Shown here: positions 35,144 to 47,856 of the stretch, one piece after another | Numbering within the stretch: the stretch's first letter is position 1 | Layout: every line of letters begins with the position of its first letter | NCBI GenBank assembly: GCA_051294905.1 | Contig: CM119372.1 | Span: 14,758,001 to 14,822,000, forward strand | Length of the DNA: 64,000 nt | From: Botryllus schlosseri | Taxonomy: Eukaryota | Direction: 5' to 3' | Notes under the pieces: generated by a model | Told to the model about the DNA's origin: nothing | What the model saw: only the letters and a program-made list of their open reading frames with translations | Database searches by the model: none | Translations under genes and position numbers: made by a program

Positions 35144-37241
35144 CAGGGCTGTGGAGTCGGTAAATTTTACCACCGACTCCGGCTCCGACTCCGACTCCAC
35201 ACATTTTCAATATACCGACTCCGACTCCGACTCCGACTCCTGAGTCTTTAAATGTACCGACTCCGACTCCGACTCCGACTCCTGGGTCTTTAAACGTACC
35301 GACTCCGACTCCGACTCCCGACTCCGACTCCAGCATTATTACCAATTTACTTCGAAAATTATATGCCACATTGTCGGTTGAAAGACTATCATACAACCAT
35401 TAAACATATGCAAACATATGATTAACTGTGGCATGCTAAATTGTTTCATTGTGGCACAGCTCGAATTATCCACTATGCAATTAACAGGAAATACAGATTT
35501 GCTAAATATCCTTCCTTATTCATGTTTTTATAACATGGACTCTCTAGTATCCTGAAATGTATGAATAATTCAAATATGGCAGATATCCAATCCTATATAA
35601 TAAAAATGTAGATAAAAAATCCAAGTGTAGCTCTTGTGTATGACTCGGCAACTAATAAAGAAATTGAACTTACTCATTGCACACTATCTATCCTGATTAC
35701 AAGCACAAACACTCTTACTACTAATAATAGACATTGGTCATAAATGGAATTTAGTTAAGTAGTCAAAGACCATAGCCTATGTCTAGTCTACATGTACTTA
35801 ATCAAAGTATTCAAGGATTGGGACTAGCAGTCTTTCTTAATCATTTGTTCGACCCAAACAGCTAAGCTACACTACAAATATTTTTAATTTTGTCAAGTGG
35901 GAAGCATCGTTTGGTCATATTTACACCATTTTCACAATTTTACGAAACCAGCCGATGCATTTTCTCTGTCACAGTATCATGATATAATTCCAAAAATTGC
36001 ATCAATTTTGAATGCATCGCGAAAACGCATCTTGCGATTTTCTTCCCATCTGCAACTGAGTTGTAATTTGCAAGTAATGTCTAATCTATATCAGGGGTGG
36101 GCAACTTTTTCGGCGAAAGGGACACCTGAGATTTACGAACCATTGCGCGGGCAACTGGAATGTTGATAACCTTTTCTTAGTCATCGATAGGAGCGAACTG
36201 AATTAGGTAACATTGCAAACAAGACTTATATTAATACGCTCTAAAATTGATAACAATATGTCATGCAACCGTGCAGTGCGCAGTCAGGCCCTGGTTGCGC
36301 GAAGCGCGAAATTTTTTTGCAAGATAACGACTGAATTAGGCTATAGCTATATCAATAAATATGTCGGTAACATACATTGGGGGTCGCATCTGTACTGTAT
36401 ACCACTTGGGCTCATTTGGCTAGGACAGGATTATTCGACGTTTAGACATAGCAAAATCGACGGTATCAGTGAACATGCCTCTATCATTTTGTGCAAATGT
36501 TTTGTCGACGATCTCGCTGCGAGTGCACAAGCGAAGCCGTATCTCCTAATTGCGAATATAGTTAGACTCAATTCTGTGAATAATATGTATTAATAATTTT
36601 CAGAAGGGGGCTCAAATACTGAATGCAAGAAATCTAGTGACAATGAATCATGCGAAGTAGCCTACCGAGAAAAATTTCAAGTCAAATAAATCTGCTATGA
36701 AATATTCTACTTCATGGTCATATAAGAAGATCTGGGATAAATGTGGCTGACCCCTGGATACGTCAATGCGTCAGAACTGTTGTTTTAGTCATCATCAAAT
36801 TTCGCAGTCATGCTAATCAAATTTTGGTTGGCCTTGCAATTGTACCTGATGTCATAAATAATTTCGAGAAATACCTCGCAGGCCACACCTAACCTTCTCG
36901 TGTGCCAAATTTGGCCTGCGTGCCACGGGCTGGCCGCACCTGATCTGTATGGTTAATAATAATAGTGATTGGTGGTACATAAAAATTCTATTGAAAATTC
37001 TTTGAAAGCAAATGTTTTCATGATAGAGAAGTTGGAGTCGGAGTCGGAGTCGAAGTCATAGTCATTCTCACAAACTCCGACTCCGACTCATGTCAGTATT
37101 TTCCCACCGACTCCGACTCCGACTCCGACTCCAGCTATTATAGTTTTCACGACTCCGACTCCGACTCCGACTCCATCAAGCGAAAATTACCCCGACTCCG
37201 ACTCCGACTCCACCGACTCCGACTCCGACTCCACAGCCCTG
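35144..37241. mobile_element. Non-autonomous hAT-type element with (CCGACT)n subterminal arrays
   Basis: TIR CAGGGCTGTGGAGTCGG/CCGACTCCACAGCCCTG; 8-bp TSD GTTAACAC. Confidence 0.9.
36092..36942. mobile_element. Nested hAT MITE
   Basis: CAGGGGTGGGCAAC...GCACCTG; TSD ATCTATAT/ATCTGTAT; similar to 25665-26515. Confidence 0.75.
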
Positions 37242-37411
37242 GTTAACACTATCCTTAATCTTCACTTATCCCATCTCTGTGCATACGGTTCACGTAAAAG
37301 ATGGCAACGCTATACTGACCTTGCCTCGGATTTAACACTCCCACCATATTGCTATGTTTGGCGCCAATATGCTTGAAAATTATTCGACAACGAGGCTAAA
37401 GTGAGATAGTG

Positions 37412-39408
37412 CAATGCTTTTCAACCTTTTTGAGCTCCATTCGCACTTTTTTTGTAAAATAAATTTCATTCGCACAAACTAACCGAAAATTGTTATACAA
37501 TGTTTACAACATTTTGTTCAGATGTGCAACAAATTGGCTACTATGTAGCTTAAGCTATCAAGTGTCTCATTAAAAAGGCAACTTTTTTCGCTCGTTGTGA
37601 TTCAACTATTTCACTAAAACCCTTCTCGGCCAAACAAGTTGTTGGATTTTGTCCAGGAACGTCTACTAGTGCTTGGATGGCCAGGTCTTAAAATCTGTTC
37701 TGCACTCCTATCCACAATACAGCGTATTTTCCGCAAGTGAATAATGCTTGCTGGCAGAAATCGTTTTTGAGAGCTGACACAAAGGTCCCGGAGGGTCCAG
37801 TTTGTCGAACGGGTGAGAAACCCACATGTTTGTGTTGGGGCTTTTGCCTGATGTCTTGGAAAATAAGGTCCAAAACGATAAGGCGGAGTAGGCACATTAA
37901 AGCTCGCTACCTTATGATACCGTTGCTTCAACTTGTGTTGTGTTTTTTTTTCTTCGATTTCCCAGTTTCTGTCTCGCGAGTGAACAAGAGCAACTAATAT
38001 CTCGATACCGTGTGTTCTTCTCTTTAGCTCAATCTAACTTGAGAATTCATAACAGTTTAATATCGGTAAAGCAGCTTTTCAGACTACCACCAAAATCTGA
38101 GTTTTTGTGGCATCTCGCGACCCGAGACTCACCCATGAAAAGGAGTTCAATTTTAATATTACAGTAGCATGCTACGATTTTACCGACATGTATGACATAC
38201 AGGACGCGCACCACACCACAATTCTATACCTAACACGGCTCTACAAAACATGTCTGACGCACGCGATTTCAAATTATGGTGAATTAAATTCCTCTGCGTG
38301 TCGCAGTTGTACTACTGTAATTACTGTCTACTCAGATTGCAAGAACGGAACTATTCCGTGCCGACGACGTAGCATATCCATATCGAAAGTTTTGGCCATC
38401 CAGCATCGGTCATTCTTAGCCAAAGTCTTGTCGCCGCTTATGATTTTGGGACCGCATTTTATCAGTGGTTTGTTGGCAAAACTTTACGTCTTCATGTGCC
38501 CGACGCAGAAGTGGTTGCTGGCCTCGAAATAAATGAGTCTAATAGGCCTCACTCGTTGGTCAACTATACACTAGTTCATCTTCGGTCTTCAGTCTTCGAC
38601 CATGAATGCTCAAGCTCACGACAAAGCCATATTTTCTTCGTGTCTCACTTATTGGCTACAGTAGGCCTACCCAACAGAGATGAGCGGATTTGAAATTTCT
38701 ATGTCCTAATCCAATCCAAATCCGAACGTTCAAATCCAAATCCTAATCCATAACTTTTTCATATTCAAGTCCATGTCCAATCCTAATCCGATTCCAACAG
38801 GAAATTCAGAAAAAATACTAATTTATGCAATGGAGGGATTCGAAAATTTTCTTTCACAACCAACGATTCACTTGATTCAAGATAACTTAGTAACCATAAG
38901 CACATTAATAACTGATCTGAATAAAGTTTGTCGCCATTCGCCACACGACATTTCAATCTCCCAGAAAATAGGTAAATCCAATCCAAATCCTAATCCGTTC
39001 TGAAAAAATTGTCTATTCCAAATCCGAAAAAATTTCACAAATCCTGTTTTTTCAAAACCTAATCCTAATCCATGCTCATCTCTGCTACCCAACACCAGCT
39101 TCCAAGCCAGGCTTTTGGTTACGTAATAATTATAGTGCGAAAATATTAATTCACTACGGCTTGTGAGAGCTACGATTAGTGGTACGTCGTATTAAGTTTT
39201 TACAATTGTGTCGCAACTACAAAAGTTACGCTGACTTTCTATTTCCTATTAGGTATATTTGAATTATTCTCGTCAGAAAATTTAACAATTAATCACGATT
39301 TTCATTCACACTCGAACCGGATTTTCATTCGCACCACCTTCGTCTTTCGCGCTGCAATTTTTTTTCAATCGCAAAAGTGCGAACCGTCACACAGGCTGAA
39401 AAGCACTG
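37412..39408. mobile_element. Non-autonomous hAT element
   Basis: TIR CAATGCTTTTCAACC/GGCTGAAAAGCACTG; TSD AGATAGTG on both sides. Confidence 0.8.
38675..39084. mobile_element. Nested MITE with (T/A)AATCC repeats
   Basis: TIR CAGAGATGAGC/GCTCATCTCTG; TSD CTACCCAA. Confidence 0.85.
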
Positions 39409-42400
39409 AGATAGTGAATGTGTGCGTCCTTCTTTTACAGACTCGGCGATAAAGCCGTCGAGCACACGGATGATGACGTGATACGAGTTGCTAAAGAAGC
39501 AAACATCCATGACTTTGTGATGTCTCTACCGGACGTACGTATAGCTACGTCATTGCAGCCATATATAGGTTTGTCTTCATAATAATGATATGGACTATTG
39601 AAGGGATACAACACGAAGGCGGGTAGGAGAGGGGGACAACTATCTGTGGGTCAAAAACAAAGAATTGCCATCGCTAGGGCATTGCTGCGTAGACCAAGAA
39701 TATTGTTATTGGACGAAGCGACATCTGCACTGGATACGGAAAGCGAACAGGTGGACATTCGTGTACATGTACAATATTGACGGCTAAATCTCTTGATTCG
39801 ATGTCGAAATCAAAGCACAAATTGATATTATCCTGTTTGTTATAGATTGTTCAAGAAGCTCTCGACAAAGCGCGGGAAGGCCGAACCAGTATTATCATCG
39901 CGCACCGATTGTCCACTGTTAAAAACGCGGACATCATCGCTGTCGTGGACAACGGCACAGTCGTGGAGGCGGGTACGCACGACGAACTTCTCAGGAAGCG
40001 TACCGTATATTATAGGTATAGTACTCGCAATTGTGCATACCTTAAGTCACAACGTCGCAGTGTAGACTCAAAAGGATCTCGCGTCGTTGTTATTGTTTAT
40101 ATAATTCTGAATACGAAATTGTCCATCCAATAATATTATTAAAATTGATGGTCAATTAATGAATTAATGTGTTACCACCGAGTCGATCGCTCATTCGCAG
40201 TTCATTGGCATTTCGATTCAACTCATGCGAAGGCTAGTTGCCAGCGTCTTTGTCGTGCTGAGATTCTACGACAGTTTGCCTGTCCCGAGCAATTGGAAAT
40301 TTATTTCGTGCATTTACGACTGTCTCGTGCCAGGACGCGATTGCGGGTATTATATATATATGCATCGAAAAAATTGTGACCCGCATGCGTTCGTGTCATT
40401 GTATCGGATTGACAGACGAAATTTGAGGGTGATTCGGTGATAATCTGTGAGAGTAAAAGAACAATCACCTACTTCAAGGTAAATTCCGGCCTTTGCGGTG
40501 TTGTATAGAGACTACATCAGTATAATAGTTAGACGATGGCTATAGTTGCAGAAATGGCGACTAAGTGCTACTACTATGGTCCTAAAACTTATAATTGAGA
40601 ATTTTCTCGGGATATCAGACCACCACAAATTAGTCGCACCCGGTGATAACAAGCTTCAAAAACTCTTCAGATCTGATAGGTTGTTTGTTGAGCATCCTAG
40701 ATCAAACGATGTCGGTAATCGTACGCTTATTCATCATGCCCCTATGCTGTATAACGCCACCGCATGTGCAACTAATAATGAGGTTATGGTTTTTCAGCCT
40801 CGTTAACGCCCAGCTCACGCACGAAGAGTAATTGGCTACGAAATCTCTTCTCATTCATTCCGACGAAGTGTCAAGTATACGCGTCACCTCTCGCGCAAGT
40901 CTCGTTCGGAATTCCTTGTTTTTGCTAATATTTTTTCATGTTGTTTGTCTCTACTGACACCTCTGCGCAATGTTGTTTTGGTTCATTGATTTCGTATACG
41001 TTCGTACCGCGCGATGCCTGGTTTTCTATTGCGAATAAAAGTAGTCGCGGGAGAGTATTACGTATACAATTGTCTCTGGCATATAATTGAGAACCTTGGC
41101 ATGGTAACGCTACCATGACTCCACATTTGATAGGCAAGATATTGAGGAGAGTATTACAATCTAACAGTGATCAATTGCTAAAATTTATGCTATGACAAGA
41201 TGCACAAAATTAAGTCGGTTGTCAAAATCAAAGGTCGCGGTCACTCGCTCGAATTTTTTTTTTTTTTGGAAGAAGTACACATACACATGTTTATAGTTGA
41301 AAGTCCATGTCTGTTTTCTGGATCGAATTTGTAGTTACTTATGTAGGACGTATGCAGGAGAGAAAAATCACCTCATTAGCCCCCCTCCCCACCAGAAAAC
41401 ATCAAAATATAAAACTTTGATCTTTGGCTTCCCGTATAGGATTGTAAACCAGACTTTCTTTTAGGACCAGCCTTTTCAACACTATTCGAAGAGTTCGAGT
41501 TTTAAATTGATCGAGATATCACTGCCTATTTGTGGCGTGGTCGCGCGAAGCGACAGAAAACTTTCGAAATCCCGACTGAATTTTGACAATCAAATTGGTA
41601 ATTGCAATCTCCCTCGACCTAGTGCCCGATGTCACAGTCTTCTTCGATGTTATTCTTTCTTTCTTCGGTCCTTTTTGGAAACTATTTGTTGCATGTAGAG
41701 CATATGTGTGCTCATGGGCAGTGACCTAAATGTCGGACAAATCCAAGCCGTCATCATGCAAGACCCAAACCGCTTCACCCCCCAGACCCGCCACCATGCC
41801 TAACATTTTTTCCTCTACTTTTTGTACTGTTTTCTGGGACGGCTTGTTTCGCCTAAACGCGCGAAGCGCGGAAACTTTCTAAATCGCGATTGAATCGGTC
41901 AATATGATTGAGAATTCCATATATACTGCTATCAATCTTTTACCCTTTCTCTGCTCACGTAATCAGATTTACCGGTAGAGCTGAGTGAGGTGTCTTGAAA
42001 AATGTAGGGCCTAGAAATAATAGTTAGACATATTCGGGCGGACCCGTTGGTATAATGACTTCGTTCGTGACCTCCTGTCTGCTACGTCAAAAGATATTGA
42101 AATCATCCGAATGTACTGAACTAAAATACTTATTGACGGAAACTAATATCTTTCAACGCGTAACCGATTCTGCATAACTATTTACAATGTCTTTTGAGAA
42201 TATCCTATACCAGTGGTTCTCCACCGCCGGTCCGCGGTTGGGCGAGTTTATAGTTCTATTTGCTGTGTTATTCGCTCAAAGCGTATATTCATATTATTGA
42301 ATTATGTGTAGGCTACATCAAGCGTTCCAGCCGACTCTGATAAGATGTAGTGACACGTATGGAGTCACAGTATACAAGTCGAAAATGGAAGTACGAAATG

Positions 42401-42863
42401 ACGTCTTTTGTCCCCCGGCTATACGTCCATCATGACAACCCTTACGGCTAATAGCAACAGAAAAGTTTCGATTATATAATGAATGGAAGTTAATGCTGAA
42501 GTATCCAAGTATTCCGGCAGAGTCATATGAAATATGCCGTTCAAAAGGGTTTGCATCAAACTCGCACTGAACTGCATTTGATGTAGATTTACGGCAGGCC
42601 TACTTCGGCAGGTCGTATTATTGTGACCTAAAAATAACCATAATTGCGATTTATGATCAATTATATCAACTTGTTGTGGAAGTATACGGCACCAACGCAA
42701 CGAATCGTAATGGATTGAGGATTTATCGTAATTTACCAAAAACTGCTGGCCTTGAAATCATTGTACATATGAAAGAGTCGCATGAATTGTTTTTATCATT
42801 GGATTCAATGTTCTGACATCGCAACTTCAGTATAGGTACGAGTTCGTGCATGTGGGGATTAAA

Positions 42864-44152
42864 CAGAGGTGGTCAAAGTAGCCAAGAAAGCTACTCAAGT
42901 AGAAGTCGAAGTATCGACGAAAAAATAGACTCAAGCACTAGTAGAAGTACTTCTTCCATAAGCAACCTAAAACTACTTGAAGTAGAATTGACTGACTTTA
43001 AATCTACTCAAGTAAGTAAGTAGTTTAAAAAACAGTCTTAATCATTTGCATGGGCTGTCAAAAGCTGCAAATTGAGCTATGCGGAGAGTACTGAGAGCTT
43101 GATTGGTATTGATGCATCCCAGGAGGTATCAATTTACGACAGAATAAGCATTCTTTCGCATCACGGGATGCAAATTATAGTATTGATATGAAAATGGGAT
43201 ACTAATCCTTTGTTTACTAGAAGACCCCGTTTTTGAGAATATCATGGCATGGCGCCTTACCCCATATTATAAGGCCCCAAGTTTAGGCGAAGAGCAATAC
43301 GTAGAAGTTGTATCGGATGCGGTTTCAACGCTTTGCGCGATTAGTAAACGTTAATACCAAATATTGTGGATAGTAAAATCTATATTTGATGTGGCTTTAT
43401 TTTCGGAAAATAGAGGCATTACTACATTTTCTTTCATGCTTCAACATGTAGGCTATGTTCTGCACTGCAGACGTAAGATATGAAAGTAATTAGAACTCAA
43501 GGTATGATATTCGGAATTGAAAGTGAAATACAAATACCACTTCTAAAAACCGGAAATCTATTTCATGTCTTTTGTCCATAATGCTTCAAAGGTGATCTGC
43601 TAAAACAGGTGTAACGTTACAAAAAAGCCGGATTTTTCGGATTGGCAAGACACGTCCTGGGCTGCTAGATTACGATATGATATGTATTTGCTAGATTGCG
43701 AAACGGTAGTTTCAAAAGTGATGGTGGGCCATATTTATTATGATGAAATATTTGATATGGGCGACAATGCGGTGTGAGCGGAACCAAGCAATCCGGTACC
43801 TGAATTATATTCACTGATACTTTCGCGAAACCATATTTATCACTCCATAACTACTGTGATGCGCAAAGCGCAACAAAATTTCTGGGCTTCACTTGAATTT
43901 TATGAATATTAAATGTTGGTACTCCGTGAAAACAGCCCCTCAATTCCTCAGGCTATCTTTCGTATTGGGGGATGAAAATACTTCTACTTGACTAACTGAA
44001 AATAGCGAAAAGTAAGTATGTAGATCAGAAAATATTACGAAGTATAAGTAGAAGTAGATAAAATCAGATCTACTTGAGGTAGTACCAAAAGTAGAGGAAA
44101 ACTACTTGAGTACTTCCGAAAAGTAGAAGTACTTCGTTACTGACCACCTCTG
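42864..44152. mobile_element. MITE with AGTAGA/TACTTGAG repeats
   Basis: TIR CAGAGGTGGTCA/TGACCACCTCTG. Confidence 0.75.
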
Positions 44153-44468
44153 AGGTAAATGATTGTATTTCGTGCGTGTGTGGAACAATGGAAGATCATA
44201 ATGTAGGCCTACACAAGAGTTATACGAACTTCAATGGTCCTAATTGCCGCACCGAAACCGCTCAATTGGGGGGAGAAAAATTATTTCGTTAGTCGTGTTT
44301 TGGACAAGATTTATTGAAATGAAAATTTTCTTCGTGCCCTACGCGATTTTATGTCGTTAGAGGTCTTGATTTTAATTTGGATAGTACGAAATATGTGCAT
44401 ATTTTAGAGAAATAAGTATATCGGAGCCGGTGATTACCGCGCATTGAGCAGGGACTATGACTCTAGCT

Positions 44469-45105
44469 CAGGGGTCTCAAATTCCGTCGCGGGCTGGATT
44501 CAAGCCTTCAAATCGCCTGCGGGCCCGAACAGTCAAGTGATTCCAAAACGTTTCCTCGTGCCCTTGCTTTTCACTTTGCTATCTGGCGCTGTGCGAGAAA
44601 TTGAAGATATATATTTAACTGTAAACGCTGACGTTGGAATTTGTATTATTATTATTCAATCGCAAGTATGGTTTGTCTTAAGTCCGAAGACGTACTGGGT
44701 AGGAAGTGACACAGCAGATATTTGAATTATATTTTTCTGTAACTATTATATATTCCATGTAAACTGCATATAACGGTTCCGCGTTCGTGTTTTGGCTTCT
44801 GTGAATAGCTATTCTTTGGTCCATTTCCCCATAAAACTCTGAACTCAGTGTGCGCTTTTTGCCTTCTCGAATTAAAGAAAGCGAAACCACAACGCCCTAG
44901 TCAGGCGCTTATAATGTGGCCTATTAGCTTTGAACAATTAACATGTTCGACATTTGCTGTCTTGAGGCAGTATTAAGTATTTCCTGCAAAAAATATCAAC
45001 ATGTGCAACAAATGTGCTGGATAATATCAGAATTTTTCAGTCTACCCAGAATTGCTTCGCGGGCAGGATGAAGTCGTCCGGCGGGCCGGATGTTTGACAC
45101 CCCTG
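44469..45105. mobile_element. hAT MITE
   Basis: CAGGGGTCTCAAA/TTTGACACCCCTG; both flanks begin CTCTA. Confidence 0.7.
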
Positions 45106-46268
45106 CTCTACGCTAAGATGAGCGCCACAAAACATTTTAAAACCGGGAAATGAGCCACAGTCAAACAATGATTGAAAACATCCGCTCTAGTACCATACTT
45201 GCAAAACATGTTTGCAAACCATGTTTGGTTGGTTTCAATTTTTGAAGGTCCACCGGTCCCTCAAATATTTTTTGAAATTTTACCGGTCCGCGAAGTGAAA
45301 AGGTTGAGAACCGCTGTCCTATATTGATTTAGCAAATTAGCCTGTGTTATTGATGAAATTAATGGGCTCGTGGTACAAAAGACCAACCATAACATGATTT
45401 TGTTAATAAATAATAATGATATAAATGACACACATGATTTGAAATTGGTATTTCTTCACTGGTAAATAATTTTTCTCTGCGGGATGACATTTGTCTTGTG
45501 GACTTCAGATTGCCTGGACAGTAGCATTCGACTCCCGCCATATAGGCGCCTATGGACAATTAAAAATATATGTACAATGTATATATATCAAAGTTTTCGG
45601 TCAGCATAAGGGCAGTCCTTTTCGGTCAAGGCCCCTTCTCGGAGTCGCATGTTACATGGGCTAAAACTCCATATGTATTGGTGTGTCGTGGTGCGGTAAT
45701 GACAGACGTCTAAATGCTCATTGCTATAAATCATGCGTGTTTTTTCTTGAGGGAAGGATACCCAATAATGAAAATACTTGGGGAGAAAATTTTTCAAAAA
45801 TCCTGCATAAATTTCCAAAAGACTACTCTATTATTTATGTTAATTCACGAGATAATTTTGGGCCCCCTTCTGGCTCGTCTTTCCCCGGGTTGAGGGTGCG
45901 ACAGTTACGGTCCTGCATGCATGGATGGCCGTCATTTATATCAATCGAAAGACAAGATGGAGGATATGCTTACTTCAATTTTTATTTTCAAGTCACGTGA
46001 TCTACCACCAATAATATAATTCAGGAGTTATCAACCTTTCTCTACTGCGTACCCCTTACAGATTATTCGCAAGTATGGCGTTCCCCTTAGAAATAATGTT
46101 GTATAAATTGTGTGCAGTTGAAAGTGTTGTAATGTGATTGATTGTGCTGGACAGCAACCTTTAGAATTGTCCCTTTTCGTTATGGTGCACGAGCTATTCT
46201 GCTGTCTGGTTTATTCCTTGTTTTCTGCTGCTGTGTGAGGATCTCGCATTCCTGCTTTGACAATAAAC

Positions 46269-47655
46269 CAGTGTTGGGATCAAGTCACTACCTTCGAGTC
46301 ACGAGTCATCTCGAGTCATTGCACATTTTGACTCGAGTCAAGTCAAGTCAATCGATTTTCAAAGGTGACTCGAGTCAAGTCAAGTCACTTGTTTTTTGGA
46401 GGTGACTCGAGTCAAGTCAAGTCAAGTCAAGTCAAGTCACGAGTCAAGTCACAATTCAAGTCAAATTGAATTTTCGAAGTATGAGTGATCATTTTAATTC
46501 ATTATATTTTACTAGCTGTGTTCAAGAGATCAATTGGTCATTTATCCTGAATCAAATAACGAATTAACGAAGTTAAATATACATGCAAAAATGCGTTGTA
46601 TCGCTCACGCACACGTAGAACTGCTAATAAAACAAGTACGTAACTGTATAGCTACATCAGGGGTGTCAAACATACGACCCGCCAAATGATTTCATTCGGC
46701 CCGCGAAGAAACTCTGAGTATATGTTGAAAATTGCGTGATTTTATCCAACACATTTCTCGAATTTGTAGTATGAAATACTACTAATAAATATTTATTCAA
46801 GATAGCAAATTTCGAGTATGTTCATAGGCCACATTATAACAACCCGACAGCGGAGTTGTGATTGTAGTTATCGTCAGGAGAAAATCGCTGACATTAACAC
46901 CCAATTCCGAGAATGCGAAAAAGTGCATATATTGAGTTAGGTCTGTTAAAAGTTATTAATATTTTGGAATCATTTGACTGGTGCGGCCCGCAAGTGATCT
47001 GTAGGCCTATATTTGAATTCGATCCGCGACGTCAGTTGAGTTTGACAGCTCTGAGCTACATGCTATACATTCTCTCAGTATCAGCCAAAATTGAGGATCG
47101 AATACGAAGCCTCGAGAAGATGAAAGAAATTGATATCGTACAATACACTAGCCATCTATACACATCCGTGAGGATATAAATTCATAAAATATATTTGTTA
47201 GATTTAAATCATACAAGAGGGTTGGTAAAGGTGAGCGCCGTGCAATGTGAGCAAAGAGCCGTCCAATAAACAGCGATACGTTGCTATTAAATTAATCTGC
47301 TACTACGACAACGCAAGCTGTGATCATTTCGTATGCGGTCAGTGTATTTGTGATGTAATAATGTAGGATCAGTGAAACGTACAATCAGTGAATGACTGGT
47401 TGCTCTCACAAGTTACAACGGCGTATCGTGAATAATCCGAACATGCACAATGATTTAGTCGACACCGTTTACTTGATGACTTGAAATTGACTCGTAAATT
47501 TTGCTCCGAGTACGAGTCAATCCACATTTTTGAAGCGCCGAGTCAAGTCAAGTCAAGCCATTTTTGCAAAATGACTCGAGTCAAGTCAAGTCATTCGAAA
47601 AAGTTGACTCGAGTCTGACTCGAGTCAAGTCATGACTCGAGTCATCCCAACACTG
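46269..47655. mobile_element. MITE with (AGTCA)n/GACTCGAGTC arrays; second inverted copy from 63430 runs off the window
   Basis: TIR CAGTGTTGGGAT/ATCCCAACACTG; TSD CAATAAAC/CAGTAAAC. Confidence 0.85.
46658..47053. mobile_element. Nested hAT MITE
   Basis: CAGGGGTGTCAAAC/GTTTGACAGCTCTG; TSD AGCTACAT. Confidence 0.85.
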
Positions 47656-47856
47656 CAGTAAACCAGCTCACACTTGGTAGTTGTAGCGTGTCTGCTGTTA
47701 GAATTCAACAGAAACACAAATCCCCATCTACTAAGTAGGCTATTTACACTTTCAGATATCATTCCATTGCGTTAGATGAGCTTAACGCTACTCCACGAGT
47801 ACGTATGTTATTCGAAGTGGTGGCGAAGAGCAAAAGAGTCTCCACACATTTGTCGG

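Larger units (their letters stand above)
3062..40133 (+). pseudogene. ABCB1: ABCB1/P-glycoprotein-like full ABC transporter, spliced; 5' part not identified; apparent frameshift (pseudogene or sequence error)
   Basis: GT-AG exons traced by hand: 3062-3281, 3595-3777, 4265-4381 (Walker [10 protein letters not shown]), 23613-23825, 24845-25025 (LSGGQ, LLLDEAT), 25084-25289, 27864-27973, 28238-28346, 28659-28837, 28916-29126, 29200-29349, 30809-30914, 30979-31119, 32517-32673, 32737-32934 (GQSGCGKSA), 33192-33304, 39441-39534, 39604-39750 (LSVGQ, LLLDEAT), 39846-~40015/40133. TMD-NBD-linker-TMD-NBD order. Extra GC at 25131-25132 breaks the frame. The symbol denotes the subfamily, not proven orthology. 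Confidence 0.85.
42211..45316. mobile_element. hAT-type element with nested inserts (42864-44152, 44469-45105)
   Basis: CAGTGGTTCTC...GAGAACCGCTG ends; TSD TCCTATAC/TCCTATAT. Confidence 0.7.

Noticed and set aside
35130..35396. GV-repeat protein ORF
   Set aside because: It is simply the translation of the (CCGACT)n array of a MITE
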